This document shows, in pieces, positions 19,553-30,038 of a stretch of 64,000 nt of DNA; within the stretch, counting starts at the first letter, position 1; each line of letters starts with the position of its first letter. Under the pieces are notes generated by a model. It was not told the origin of the DNA, searched no databases, and saw only the letters and a program-made list of their open reading frames with translations. Origin of the DNA: an uncultured Pseudomonadota bacterium (GTDB lineage Bacteria > Pseudomonadota > Alphaproteobacteria > JACZXZ01); contig CAVVLJ010000016.1 in assembly GCA_963749075.1 (NCBI GenBank), forward strand, positions 1,024,001 through 1,088,000, in the 5' to 3' direction. The position numbers and the translations under genes are program-made.

Positions 19553-20239
19553 ATGACATTCTCGATTGCGGGTCTTTGTCCGAGAAGCGGCGAGTTCGGC
19601 TGTGCTTTGGCCACCTCGAGCATGGCCGCCGGCTTCCGCGCCGCCTTCGTCGGCCCCGATGTCGGCGTCGTGCTGTCCCAGGCGCGCTCCGATCCGCGGC
19701 TCGGCGTCCTCGGCCTCGAGCGTCTCAAGGCCGGCAGCACCGCCGCAGAGACGCTCGCCGACATGATCGCGTCCACGCCGCACGCGGAATGGCGCCAGCT
19801 CGCGGTGCTCGACCGGGAGGGCGGCACCGCGCACTTCACGGGTGCCCACTGCACGCTCGCCAAGGGAGGACGCGCGAGCAAGGGCGCGATCGCCGTCGGC
19901 AACGGACTTGCCAACGACGCGGTGGTGGGCGCCACGCTCGCGGGCTTCGAGGCGGCACCCGAGAAGCCGCTCGCCGAGCGCCTCGTCATGGCGCTCGAAG
20001 CCGGCCTCGCGGCCGGCGGCGAAGCCTATCCGCTGCGCTCCGCCGCGATCAAGGTGGCCCTGCCGAACGTCCCCTTTCCGCCGATCGACCTGCGGGTCGA
20101 TTTTTCCGAGACCCCCATCGCCGAGCTGAGCCGGCTATTGGCGCTGTGGAGGCCCATGGTCCAGGGTTACGTGCAGCGCTGCCTCGACCCGGAGAACTCG
20201 CTACCGGCCGCCGCGATCGAGGGGCATCCGGCGCGGTGA
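19553..20239 (+). CDS. DUF1028 family (Ntn-hydrolase-like) protein
   Basis: MTFSIAG...FGCALATSS, WRQL, GLAAGGE, RSAA, DLRVD. Confidence 0.88.
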   Translation: MTFSIAGLCPRSGEFGCALATSSMAAGFRAAFVGPDVGVVLSQARSDPRLGVLGLERLKAGSTAAETLADMIASTPHAEWRQLAVLDREGGTAHFTGAHCTLAKGGRASKGAIAVGNGLANDAVVGATLAGFEAAPEKPLAERLVMALEAGLAAGGEAYPLRSAAIKVALPNVPFPPIDLRVDFSETPIAELSRLLALWRPMVQGYVQRCLDPENSLPAAAIEGHPAR

Positions 20240-20288
20240 GGTGCAGAAGGGGCCGGGCCCTCGAACTTGCGACATTGAAGCGCAGCAT

Positions 20289-20387
20289 ACCCCCTCCCTA
20301 ACCTTCCCCCTCAAGGGGGGAGGGGAACTCTATGGAAAGGCGCCAAAATTCCCCCTCCCCCTTGAGGGGTGAGGGTGGGGAGGGGGT
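20289..20387. repeat. REP-like family A doublet (two inverted palindromes plus spacer)
   Basis: ccttccccctcaaggggggagggg...cccctcccccttgaggggtgaggg between convergent genes. Confidence 0.88.
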
Positions 20388-20413
20388 GACGCACGCTTTA
20401 GCGGTGGTGAGCG

Positions 20414-21853
20414 CTACCGCATCACCGGGAGGCTTAGCGGCACGATCTCCTCGGCCTTGCGCCGCTTGTAGTCGCGCCGGGGCACGTCCCGCTCCATGCG
20501 CCGTTGCGCCTCGGCGAGCGCCTCCAAGGCAGCCGCGTGGTCGAGGGTGAGGACGCGGCCGTCCGCCACCACCTTGATGCCGTCCACGTACACGTCGCGG
20601 ACCGCACGGTCGGCCGCGGTGTAGACGAGCGAGCGCAACGGGTCGCGGGCCGGCATCATGTAGGGGTTCTTGAGGTCGACCAGCACGAGGTCGGCGCGCA
20701 TGCCCGGCGCCAGGCGCCCGAGGTCGCCGCGTCCGAGGGCCGCAGCACCGCCCACCGTCGCCGCGTGGAGGAGATCGCCGGTGCTCACCGCGGCAACGTC
20801 CTCGCCGGCAACGCGCGCGAGGATCGCAGCCAAGCGCATCTCCTCGATGAGGTTATGCGGCGCCACGTCGGTGCCGAGCCCGAGGTTGACGCCCGCGCGC
20901 CGGTAGCGGCCGAAATCCTCGAGCATCTGTCCATAGCGCGCGAAGGGCTGCGGGCAGTGGGCGACCGAGGTGCCGCTCTCGGCCAGGAGGCGCAGATCCT
21001 GGCGCGTGTGCCAGTGCAGCCAGGAATGCTCGTCGATGAAGATGGCGTGGCCCAAGAGGGTGCCCTCGCCGAGGATGCCGATCTCCTTGGCCCACTGGAT
21101 CGGCGTCTTGCCGTGGCGCTCTACCATCTCGTTGAACTCGTTGACGCTCTGGGCGCAATGGGTGGTGAAGGGGAGCTTGCGCTCTAGCGCCGCGTCATGG
21201 CTGTCGCGCAGGAGGTCGGCGCTGCACGTATCGATCTGCGCCGGCGACAGGATGCCCGAGAGGCGGCCGGAGGGATGACGCGCGATCTCGTCCAAGAGCT
21301 TCAAGGCCTCCGCGAAGCGGGTGCCGCCCGCCTCCTCGTCCCACTCGTATTTGAGCTCCCACTCGTTCTCGAGACGCCAGCGCGCCGAGGCGTAGGAGGG
21401 GGCGAGGAAGACCCGCAGCCCGCTCCGCGCTGCAAGCTCGAGCCAGCCAGGATAGATGCCCGAGAGATCGGCGACCGAAGTCACGCCGCCCGCCAGCATC
21501 TCGCAATAGGCGACCTCGGCACCGATGCGGCGCCCCTCCGCATCGGGCGAGAAGGCAAGCGAGCGCTCGTAGAGCCCCGACATGTACATCTGGGGCACGC
21601 CGTGCTCCTCGCGGATGCCGCGGTAGAAGGGCTCGCTGCTGGGATGGGAATGGACGTCGATGAGCCCCGGCATGACCAGGAGATCGCGGCCGTCGATCGT
21701 CTCGTCGGCAGCCCCGCTAAAGCCCTTGCCGACGAAGCTTACGGCATTGCCGGAGAAAACGAGGTCGGCGCCCTTGAGATAGCTCTGGCGGCCGCTCGCT
21801 CTGTCCCAGGCAATGATCCACTCGGCGTTCCTGATCCACGTGGTCCTCGGCAT
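20414..21853 (-). CDS. Metal-dependent amidohydrolase (chlorohydrolase/deaminase-like)
   Basis: MPGLIDVHSH, HCAQS, HCP, LGLGTD, GRLAPGMRADLV. Confidence 0.9.
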   Translation of the reverse strand: MPRTTWIRNAEWIIAWDRASGRQSYLKGADLVFSGNAVSFVGKGFSGAADETIDGRDLLVMPGLIDVHSHPSSEPFYRGIREEHGVPQMYMSGLYERSLAFSPDAEGRRIGAEVAYCEMLAGGVTSVADLSGIYPGWLELAARSGLRVFLAPSYASARWRLENEWELKYEWDEEAGGTRFAEALKLLDEIARHPSGRLSGILSPAQIDTCSADLLRDSHDAALERKLPFTTHCAQSVNEFNEMVERHGKTPIQWAKEIGILGEGTLLGHAIFIDEHSWLHWHTRQDLRLLAESGTSVAHCPQPFARYGQMLEDFGRYRRAGVNLGLGTDVAPHNLIEEMRLAAILARVAGEDVAAVSTGDLLHAATVGGAAALGRGDLGRLAPGMRADLVLVDLKNPYMMPARDPLRSLVYTAADRAVRDVYVDGIKVVADGRVLTLDHAAALEALAEAQRRMERDVPRRDYKRRKAEEIVPLSLPVMR

Positions 21854-22032
21854 CTTCATCTCCAGCGGCGCCCGCACGGTCTCGTTTCAAGGTTGAAAGT
21901 TTCGTGTTATGGACATGACCGGCCGGACCCCGCCTTGTCAATCGCGTGCCTGTCGCCGCTTCGGCGGCCTTGCGGCGAGGCGCTGTTCGGCCAACATGAG
22001 AGTCCGGTTGCGGCCAGATGGCGGAGGATGTC

Positions 22033-22584
22033 ATGGCGAGCTCGACTGCGGTCTGCGATTTCGGCTGGAAGGCCCTCGATTTCTCCCTCGAAGGGGTGGA
22101 CGGCAAGCGCTACGGGCTCGCGGACGTCCGCGGGCCCAAGGGCACCCTCGTCATGTTCATCTGCAACCATTGCCCCTATGTGAAGGCGGCGATCGACCGC
22201 ATCGTCGAGGATGCGGCGGCGTTGCAGAAGCTCGGCATCGGGACGATCGCCATCATGCCCAACGACGCCCGCAGCTATCCGGAGGACTCGCTGCCCAATA
22301 TGAAGGCCTTCGCGGCGCAGCATCATTTCGGCTTCCCTTACGTGATCGACGAGAGCCAGGAGACCGCACGCGCCTATGACGCCGTGTGCACGCCCGAGTT
22401 CTTCGGCTTCAATGCGGGCCTCGAGCTCCAGTACCGCGGCCGGCTCGATGCCGGCAAAACCACGGCGCCGCCACCCGGCGCCAAGCGCGAGCTCCTCGAC
22501 GCCATGGCCGAGATCGCGGCGAGCGGCCGCGGCCCGCGCGAGCAGGTCTCCAGCATGGGCTGCTCGATCAAATGGCGCTACTGA
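22033..22584 (+). CDS. Thioredoxin/AhpC-TSA family redoxin
   Basis: MFICNHCPYV, AVCTPEFF, QYRGRLD, SMGCSIKW; GGAGGA RBS. Confidence 0.92.
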   Translation: MASSTAVCDFGWKALDFSLEGVDGKRYGLADVRGPKGTLVMFICNHCPYVKAAIDRIVEDAAALQKLGIGTIAIMPNDARSYPEDSLPNMKAFAAQHHFGFPYVIDESQETARAYDAVCTPEFFGFNAGLELQYRGRLDAGKTTAPPPGAKRELLDAMAEIAASGRGPREQVSSMGCSIKWRY

Positions 22585-22728
22585 GCGCCCCCCGCCGGCC
22601 CTCCACTGGATGAGCTAAGATATTGCAGGGTCAGGATAAATTCCCTCATCCTCGAGATTTCCCAATGGCTGCGGGGCGACGGCGGGAGGGTCCTGCGGCA
22701 GGCCTCTGGGCCCCGGCGCAGCGCGGGT

Positions 22729-22757
22729 TTGCCAAGGCCGGGGGTGGCCGCTATTGT
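22729..22757 (+). promoter_or_regulatory. Putative sigma70 promoter for yfgM-bamB-der
   Basis: TTGCCA-17 nt-TATTGT. Confidence 0.55.
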
Positions 22758-22944
22758 ACCGGCCCTCGACCGCGCCGATGAACCCGAGTGAGCCACCACC
22801 CCACAAGAAGATGCAGAGGGAGGCGGGCTCGGCGGGCGAGGCTCGCCCTTCCGCGATGCCAGGGAGCGGCGCGCGCGCCGCGCCGAGCGGGCGAGTGGCG
22901 GCCAGCTCGGAAGAGCGGCCGGTAGGAGTTGGCTGGAGGGTTTG

Positions 22945-23589
22945 GTGAGCGACCTGTTCCGCGAGATCGAAGAAGATCTCCAACGCGACCGCTATAAGAA
23001 GCTGTGGGCCAAGTACGGTCATCTGGTGATCGTCGCGGCCTTGGGCCTTGTCGTGGGCACGGCCGGCTGGCAGGGCTGGAAGGCCTATAAGTCGCGCCGC
23101 GACCAGGCGCTCGGCGCGCGCTATGCCGAGGCGGTGAAGCTCGCCGAGAGCGGCAAAGGTGCCGAAGCCGAGGCGGGTTTCGCCAAGCTCGCCGCCGACG
23201 CGGGTGCCGGCTATGAGGCCCTGTCGCGCCTGCAGGAGGCGGGCCTTCTCGCCAAGTCGGGGAAGCAGCAGGAGGCGATCGCCCTCTACGACAAGCTGGC
23301 CGAGGACGGCTCGCTGCCGCAACCCTATCGCGATCTTGCGACCTACCTCTCCGTGCTGCACGCGAGCGACAGCGGCGATCCGGCGGCGCTGATCAAGCGC
23401 CTCGAGCCGCTGACCGACGGCGCCAGCCAATGGCGCTTCAGCGCGCTCGAGCTCACCGCCCTGCTCGCCGCGCGCATGGGCGACAAGGCACGGGCCGAGC
23501 AGCTCTATGCCCGGCTTTCCGACGACGCCACGGCACCGCCCGGCGTGCGCGCGCGCGCCGCCGAGATGCTGGCCGCGCTCAAAGGATAG
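22945..23589 (+). CDS. TPR-like membrane-anchored YfgM-type protein
   Basis: SDLFREIEEDL...LWAKYG, single TM, helical repeats; upstream of bamB-der. Confidence 0.85.
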   Translation: MSDLFREIEEDLQRDRYKKLWAKYGHLVIVAALGLVVGTAGWQGWKAYKSRRDQALGARYAEAVKLAESGKGAEAEAGFAKLAADAGAGYEALSRLQEAGLLAKSGKQQEAIALYDKLAEDGSLPQPYRDLATYLSVLHASDSGDPAALIKRLEPLTDGASQWRFSALELTALLAARMGDKARAEQLYARLSDDATAPPGVRARAAEMLAALKG

Positions 23590-23600
23590 GGTGCCGCCCC

Positions 23601-24938
23601 GTGCGCCGCATCGCGACCCTGCTCTCCCTCTTAGCCTTCCTCTTCACCGCCACCGGCTGCGACATGGTGAAGGACTGGTTCGGCGGCGAGAAGAAAGTCC
23701 GGCTCAAGGGCGAGCGCGTGCCGGTCATGCTGGGCGACCAGGAGCTCAAGCCCGATCCCGACATTCAGGATCTCAAGATCACCCTGCCGGCCCCGCAGAC
23801 GAACCCCGACTGGCCGGTGTCGGGCGGCAATGCGGCGCATGATTTGCAGAACGTCGCACTCAGCGATACGGCCAAGGAGATCTGGAGCGTCAGCATCGGC
23901 TCCGGCAAGAGCCCCGAATGGAAGCACCTCGCGGCACCGGTCATGGCGGGCGGCCGCATCTACGCGATGGACACGGAAGGGAGCGTCTCGTCGTTGAACG
24001 CCGACACCGGCGCCCAGGTGTGGCAGGCCGACGTGACGGCGGAGGGCGACGACGTGGGTCATGGCGACGTGGGCGGCGGCCTCGCCTTTGCGGACGGCCG
24101 GCTCTACGTCACCAACAATTACGGCGAGGCCCTCGCGCTCGACGCGACGAACGGCAAGATCCTGTGGCGCCGCTCGCTCGGCGGCCCGACGCGCGCCGCA
24201 CCGGCGGTCGGCGGCGGACGCGTCTTCGTGGTCACCGCGGACAACCAGCTGCACACGCTCAATGCCACGGACGGCACGGTCGAGTGGACCCATGCGGGCC
24301 TCAACGAGGTCACCGGCCTGCTCGGCGCCGCCAGCCCCGCCTTTGACGGCAGCGTCGTGGTGGTGCCCTATACCTCGGGCGAGATCTACGGCCTCAGGCC
24401 CGACAACGGACGCGTGCTGTGGTCCGACACGCTTGCCGCGATCCGGCCCTCCGATACGGTCTCCAGCCTCGCCGACATCCGTGCCGATCCGGTGATCGAC
24501 CGCGACCGCATGATCGCCATCGGGCACAGCGGGCGCATGGAGGCGATCGACCTGCGCTCGGGCGGCCGCGTGTGGGACGATCCCGTCGGCGGCATCACCA
24601 TGCCCTGGGTCGCGGGCAATTTCGTCTTCGTGATATCGACCGACAACGTGCTGGCCTGTCTCACGCGCGACGAGGGGCGGGTGCGCTGGCTGACCCAGCT
24701 CGACCGCTTTCAGAACGTCGTGAAGAAGACGGACCTCATCCTCTGGGTCGGGCCGGTGCTGGTCGGCGACCGCCTCATCATCGCGAGCAACGACGGCCGG
24801 CTGCTTTCCATCTCGCCCATGGACGGCGAGGTCATGAACGTCATCGGCGTGGGCGATCCCGTGTCGGTGCCGCCGATCGTCGCCAACGGCACGCTCTATG
24901 TTCTGACCGATGCCGGGGACCTCAAGGCCTTTCGCTAG
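23601..24938 (+). CDS. bamB: PQQ-repeat beta-propeller lipoprotein, BamB-like
   Basis: Lipobox TATGC, repeated A.D..G...W motifs, yfgM-bamB-der synteny. Confidence 0.85.
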   Translation: MRRIATLLSLLAFLFTATGCDMVKDWFGGEKKVRLKGERVPVMLGDQELKPDPDIQDLKITLPAPQTNPDWPVSGGNAAHDLQNVALSDTAKEIWSVSIGSGKSPEWKHLAAPVMAGGRIYAMDTEGSVSSLNADTGAQVWQADVTAEGDDVGHGDVGGGLAFADGRLYVTNNYGEALALDATNGKILWRRSLGGPTRAAPAVGGGRVFVVTADNQLHTLNATDGTVEWTHAGLNEVTGLLGAASPAFDGSVVVVPYTSGEIYGLRPDNGRVLWSDTLAAIRPSDTVSSLADIRADPVIDRDRMIAIGHSGRMEAIDLRSGGRVWDDPVGGITMPWVAGNFVFVISTDNVLACLTRDEGRVRWLTQLDRFQNVVKKTDLILWVGPVLVGDRLIIASNDGRLLSISPMDGEVMNVIGVGDPVSVPPIVANGTLYVLTDAGDLKAFR

Positions 24939-24947
24939 GGCCGGGCT

Positions 24948-26315
24948 ATGGGCTTCACCGTGGCCATCGTCGGCCGGCCCAATGTGGGCAAGTCGACGCT
25001 CTTCAACCGCTTGGCCGGCCGCCGGCTCGCTATCGTCGACGATATCGCCGGCGTGACGCGCGACCGCCGCGAGGCGCGCGCGCGCGCGGGCGGGCTCGAC
25101 TTCACGGTGGTCGACACCGCCGGGCTCGAGGAGGCGCCTCGCGGCAGCCTCGCCGCGCGAATGCTGGGAGCGACCGAGCGCGCCGCCGCGGCGGCCCAAG
25201 TCGTGCTGCTGCTGGTCGATGCGCGGGCCGGCTTAACACCCCTCGACGGCCATTTCGCGCGCCGCCTGCGCCGGCTCAAGGTGCCGGTGATCCTCGTCGC
25301 CAACAAGTGCGAGGGCCGCATCGACGCGGCCGTCCTCGCCGAGTGCCATGGGCTGGGACTCGGCGAGCCCGTCGCGATCTCGGCCGAGCACGGCCTCGGC
25401 ATGGCCGAGCTCTTCGAGGCGCTGCGCCGCCATCTGCCCGCCGCCGCAATGGCGGAGGAGGGCGCCGAGCCGCCAGCTGAGCCCGAGGCCGCCCAAGCGG
25501 AGGAGCGTCCGCTCCAGCTCGCCATCCTCGGCCGGCCCAACGTCGGCAAATCGACGCTCGCCAACCGCCTCCTCGGCGAGGAGCGCCTCTTGACCGGGCC
25601 CGAGCCGGGAGTGACGCGCGACGCGATCCCGCTCGACTGGAGCTATGGCGGCCGCGCCATCCGCCTCGTCGATACGGCCGGCCTCAGGCGCCGCGGCAAG
25701 GCGGGCGGGAAGCTCGAGCAACTCTCCGCCGCGAGTGCCTTGAACGCGTTGCGCTTCGCCGAGGTCGTCATCCTCGTCGCCGATGCGGGCGATCCGCTCA
25801 ACCGCCAGGACCTGGCCCTGGCGAGCCGGGTGGTCGAGGAGGGCCGCGCCCTCGTCATCGCGGTGAACAAGTGCGACCTCGTGCGCGACAGCGCCAAGGT
25901 GCTGCGCGAGATGCGCGAGCGCATCGAGATCTCGCTCCACCAGGTGAAGGGCGTGGCCTTGGTCCCCATCTCGGCGCTCACGGGCAAAGGCCTCGCGCGA
26001 CTGATGCAGGCGGTCTTCCGCGCCCACGAGCTGTGGAACCGCCGCGTGCCCACCGCGCGCCTCAACCGCTTCCTCGCCGAGGTGCTGGCGGCCCACCCGC
26101 CGCCCATCGTCGGCGGCCGGCGCAGCAAGATCCGCTACATCACGCAGGCCAAGACGCGCCCGCCGAGCTTCGCCCTCTTCGGCAACAAGCTCGCGGATCT
26201 GCCCGAGAGCTATTTGCGCTACCTGGCCAACGCCATGCGCGAGGCCTTCGATCTCCCCGGCGTGCCCATCCGCCTCAGCCTGCGCCAGGGGACGAACCCC
26301 TACGAGCGGGAATAG
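24948..26315 (+). CDS. der: Ribosome biogenesis GTPase Der (EngA)
   Basis: Two GRPNVGKS / DTAG / NKxx G-domains, C-terminal KH-like region. Confidence 0.97.
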   Translation: MGFTVAIVGRPNVGKSTLFNRLAGRRLAIVDDIAGVTRDRREARARAGGLDFTVVDTAGLEEAPRGSLAARMLGATERAAAAAQVVLLLVDARAGLTPLDGHFARRLRRLKVPVILVANKCEGRIDAAVLAECHGLGLGEPVAISAEHGLGMAELFEALRRHLPAAAMAEEGAEPPAEPEAAQAEERPLQLAILGRPNVGKSTLANRLLGEERLLTGPEPGVTRDAIPLDWSYGGRAIRLVDTAGLRRRGKAGGKLEQLSAASALNALRFAEVVILVADAGDPLNRQDLALASRVVEEGRALVIAVNKCDLVRDSAKVLREMRERIEISLHQVKGVALVPISALTGKGLARLMQAVFRAHELWNRRVPTARLNRFLAEVLAAHPPPIVGGRRSKIRYITQAKTRPPSFALFGNKLADLPESYLRYLANAMREAFDLPGVPIRLSLRQGTNPYERE

Positions 26316-26387
26316 CGCACTTCGCCGGCGCCTGCCGCGGCGGCGGGTCGGTTCACCCGTGCGCTTTCTGGCTTGGGCTTCCGGCCC

Positions 26388-26858
26388 TCACCTCGAGCAC
26401 TGCGAGACCTGCACCTCGCAATCCTTGCCGCCGCCTTCGACGCACTTGTTCTGGGCGTCCGCGCGCGCCTGGCCATCGCTATCGCCAAGGCCCCAAAAGG
26501 CGGTCCCGCCTTCGCCCGAGGCCACCGCGCCGCATTTGCGCTCGAACCACACCATCACTTCGCAATCGTCGCCGTGCTGCGCGCAGTTCTCCATGGCGAC
26601 GCTTTCCGCTTTCGCCTCGCTCTCCCAGCGATAGGAATAGCCCCAGGCCCCGCTCGTGCGGCCATAGGCGATGGCGCCATAGCTGGGTGGAGGGGGGGAT
26701 GGGGTCGTGCAGGAATAGTGCGTGTACTCGACGCATTGCCCCTGGTCATACCTGCTGCAAACAGTCGAGCATGGCACTTGAGCCCGCGCCGGCGCGCCGG
26801 CCGTCAATGCGAGCAAGACGCCAATCGTGATCGCGGCAATTCCTCTCGCCTGTCTCAT
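26388..26858 (-). CDS. Secreted Cys-rich DUF4189-domain protein
   Basis: Signal peptide, 4-Cys N-terminal module, Pro linker, YGAIAY...A...AMENC...C...CGAVA...C pattern. Confidence 0.8.
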   Translation of the reverse strand: MRQARGIAAITIGVLLALTAGAPARAQVPCSTVCSRYDQGQCVEYTHYSCTTPSPPPPSYGAIAYGRTSGAWGYSYRWESEAKAESVAMENCAQHGDDCEVMVWFERKCGAVASGEGGTAFWGLGDSDGQARADAQNKCVEGGGKDCEVQVSQCSR

Positions 26859-27092
26859 GGCTCGCCCCTGTGCGTTCGGCCGAGATTATCCTCTCGCAGG
26901 TCCGTTCTAACAGAAGATCCCCGGACGCTCGGTTGTTCGCGGGGAAATCTGCCCCGTTTCGACGCGTCCAACAAGCACCGCCCACAGCACCCCCCATAGC
27001 TGAGGTTCGGACTTACCCGCTACCCTTGCCGCCTCCTTGCAGGAGGCCGGCCGCTTCCATAACATCGGGCAGCGCTTCGTTGGGAGCCCGCC

Positions 27093-27722
27093 ATGCAGAC
27101 GATCAGGATCGCAGCACTTCTCGTGGCCGCGTCGCTTGCTCTATTCCCGCCAGATGCTGTCCGGGCGGATACGGCGGCGGCCGGCGAGGTTCTCGCCTTC
27201 GCCGGGCAATGTTTCGTCGAGGCGGGCGGCCATAAGAGCCCGCTCAAGAACGGCGATCCCGTCCACGTCGGCGACGTGATCGAGGTTCCGGCCGGCTCCA
27301 AGCTCAAGCTGCGCATGAGCGACGGCTCGATCATCGCCGCCGCCTCCGGGACCAGATTGACCATCGCCGCCTTCTCCTCCGAGGGCGGCGGCCAGCATCG
27401 CGATGCCAAATTCTCGCTCGCCACGGGGCTCTTGCGGGCGGTGGTGTCGCCGGCGGGCGAGGTCTCGCATTTCGAGGTCGATACCGCGACCGGAGTCGCG
27501 GCGGTGCGCTCGACCGACTGGTTCGTCGAGGCACAGCCGGGTGCCATGCAGGTCGGCGTGCTGAACGGCGTCGTCAGCATGACGAGCCGCGCCACCGGGC
27601 GGACGGTGGACATCCCCGCGCGCTGGGGTGCCAGGCTCGAGGCCGGCCGCGACCCCGTGCCGCCGCGCGTTTGGACCGCGGCCGAGTTCAACGGCGTGAT
27701 CGAACGGACCACAGTGAATTGA
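27093..27722 (+). CDS. Secreted stand-alone FecR-domain protein
   Basis: Signal peptide, L.MSDGS, GLLRA, FEVDTATGVAAVRSTDWFV, VGVLNGVV. Confidence 0.85.
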   Translation: MQTIRIAALLVAASLALFPPDAVRADTAAAGEVLAFAGQCFVEAGGHKSPLKNGDPVHVGDVIEVPAGSKLKLRMSDGSIIAAASGTRLTIAAFSSEGGGQHRDAKFSLATGLLRAVVSPAGEVSHFEVDTATGVAAVRSTDWFVEAQPGAMQVGVLNGVVSMTSRATGRTVDIPARWGARLEAGRDPVPPRVWTAAEFNGVIERTTVN

Positions 27723-29959
27723 GCTTTCCCCGGGGTTCGCGCGAGGCGGGACTGGCGCTGGCCGCCGCAGCCGCCGTCCTTCTGCTGTTCTCCTTCTTCG
27801 GCAATAGCGGGCTCTTGCGCGCGCTCGAGACCGCATCCCTCGATTTCCGCTTCCGCCTGCGCGGCGTGCGCCCGCCGGGACCCGAGGCCGCGGTCATCCT
27901 GGTCGACGACCGCAGCCTCGCCGCACTCGGGCGCTGGCCCTTCAGCCGCCACCTCTTCGCCTCCGCCGTCGACGCGCTCGATCGCGCCGGCGCCAGGCTC
28001 ATCGTCTTCGACCTGCTCTTTGCCGAGCCCGACGAGCCGGTTCCGGCACCTCTGCGCGCGACGGCGAGGAGTGCTGCAAAGGCCATTCCGCCGGAGGGCA
28101 ACGGACCGCTGCGCGCGGAGCTCGAGCGTCTCGCCGGGGACGACCCAGACGGCGACTTCGCGGCGGCGATCCGCAGGTCCGGGAAGGTGCTGCTCCCGGT
28201 GGGCTTCGCCTTCACCGGTGCCGCGCGGCCGGAGCCGGATTTCGTCTCGGCTGCCGCCTATGTGCGCTTCGACAAGAGCCCGCGCGAGCCCGCCTTTCCC
28301 CTCCGTCCCGTGGCAGCGGTGCCGCCGATCGAGGAGCTGGCCACGGCGGCGCTCGGCCTCGGTCACGCCGCCATCGCCTACGACCGCGACGGCGAGCCGC
28401 GCTACGATTACCTCGCCTTGCCCTTCGAAGCCGATTTCATTCCCTCGCTCTCCTTGCGCGCGGCGGCGGCCTACCTCGGTCTCAAATGGGAGAACGTCGG
28501 CCTAGCGCTCGGCGAGGGCGTGCGTCTCGGCAACCGCATGGTTTCCACCGATCCGGCGATGCGCCTCCTCATCAACTACCGCGGGCCGCGCGGCACATTT
28601 CCCACCTTCTCCTTCGTCGATCTCGTGCAGGGCCGCATCCCGGCGGACGCCTTGCGCGGGCGCATCGTGCTCTTGGGCGCCTCCTTCGTCGGCAACAGCG
28701 ACGCCTATAGCGCACCCTTCGGCAGCACGCCGCTCCCGGGGGTCGAGCGCATGGCGAACGTCATCGACACCATCCTCGGCGGCGACTTCATCGCCGAGCA
28801 TCCACCGCCCTGGCCGGCGGCGGCCGCCGCCGCGGTCCTCGTGCTGGCGCTCGCCATGGGGGCGACGAGCGGGCTCCTGCCGACGCGGGCGGCAGCACTC
28901 GTGGGCGGCGCTCCGCTGCTGCTCTGGGCCGGCGGTGCCGAGCTCGCCTTCCTCCACGGCCTCTGGCTGCCCGTGGTGGGACCGCTTGCGGCGCTGGCCG
29001 CGGCGGCGCTCAGCGTGCTTCTCTTCCGCTATTGGGTGGTCGATCGCGACGGGCGGCGGATCGCGCTCGCGTTCCGGCACTATCTGGCACCGGAGATGGT
29101 GAGCGTCCTCGCGGCGCACCCCGAGCGGCTGCAGTTGGGCGGCGAGCTCCGCGAGATGACGTTCCTCTTCTGCGACGTGCGCGGCTTCACCTCGATCTCC
29201 GAGCAGTTCAAGTCGAATCCGCAGGGTCTCACGCACCTCATCAACCGCTTTCTCACGCCGATGACCGACATCATCATGGCGCGGCACGGCACCATCGACA
29301 AATACATGGGCGACTGCATCATGGCGTTCTGGAACGCGCCGCTCGACAACGAGCGCCATGCCGACCGCGCCTGCGAGAGCGCGCTCGCCATGATCGCGGC
29401 ACTCGAGACGATCAATGCGCGGCTCGCGGCCGAGACGGGGGCGGAGCAGCGTCCGTTCCGCCCGCTCAAGATCGGCATCGGGCTCAACAGCGGCGAATGC
29501 GTGGTCGGCAACATGGGCTCGGACCAGCGCTTCGACTATTCGGTCCTGGGCGATGCGGTCAATCTCGCCTCGCGGCTCGAGGGGCAGTCGAAAACCTACG
29601 GCGTCGATATCGTCATCGGCGAGGCGACGCGTGCTGCGGCGCCGACCTTTGCCGCACTCGAGCTCGATCTCATTGCGGTCAAGGGCAAGAAGGAGGCCGT
29701 GCGCATCTACGCCCTCCTGGGCGACACCGCGGCGGCGCAATCGCCGGACTTCGGAGCGCTCCGCGAGCGCCACGGCGCCATGCTGGCCTGCTACCGCGCG
29801 CAGGATTGGGCGGGCGGGCGCGAGGCGCTCGGCCAATGCCGGCGGCTCGGGGGCGGCCTCGGGCAGCTCTACGACCTCTTCGAGGAGCGCATCGCCCATT
29901 ACGCCGCGAATCCGCCGGGCGAGGGTTGGGACGGCGTCTTTGTCGCCACCGCAAAATAG
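27719..29959 (+). CDS. CHASE2-domain membrane adenylate cyclase (class III)
   Basis: CHASE2 motifs (LGRWPFSR, FDLLFAEP, PGVE), 3 TM, FCDVRGFT, DKYMGD, FDYSVLGDAVNLASRLE; TTG start overlaps FecR stop (start uncertain). Confidence 0.93.
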   Translation: MSFPRGSREAGLALAAAAAVLLLFSFFGNSGLLRALETASLDFRFRLRGVRPPGPEAAVILVDDRSLAALGRWPFSRHLFASAVDALDRAGARLIVFDLLFAEPDEPVPAPLRATARSAAKAIPPEGNGPLRAELERLAGDDPDGDFAAAIRRSGKVLLPVGFAFTGAARPEPDFVSAAAYVRFDKSPREPAFPLRPVAAVPPIEELATAALGLGHAAIAYDRDGEPRYDYLALPFEADFIPSLSLRAAAAYLGLKWENVGLALGEGVRLGNRMVSTDPAMRLLINYRGPRGTFPTFSFVDLVQGRIPADALRGRIVLLGASFVGNSDAYSAPFGSTPLPGVERMANVIDTILGGDFIAEHPPPWPAAAAAAVLVLALAMGATSGLLPTRAAALVGGAPLLLWAGGAELAFLHGLWLPVVGPLAALAAAALSVLLFRYWVVDRDGRRIALAFRHYLAPEMVSVLAAHPERLQLGGELREMTFLFCDVRGFTSISEQFKSNPQGLTHLINRFLTPMTDIIMARHGTIDKYMGDCIMAFWNAPLDNERHADRACESALAMIAALETINARLAAETGAEQRPFRPLKIGIGLNSGECVVGNMGSDQRFDYSVLGDAVNLASRLEGQSKTYGVDIVIGEATRAAAPTFAALELDLIAVKGKKEAVRIYALLGDTAAAQSPDFGALRERHGAMLACYRAQDWAGGREALGQCRRLGGGLGQLYDLFEERIAHYAANPPGEGWDGVFVATAK

Positions 29960-30038
29960 CGCTATGATCGGAGCCGGCGGACGGGGCAGCCGAATGGCGA
30001 CGTAGTCGCCGAGCAGCACGCCGGGCGGGGAGGGGGAG

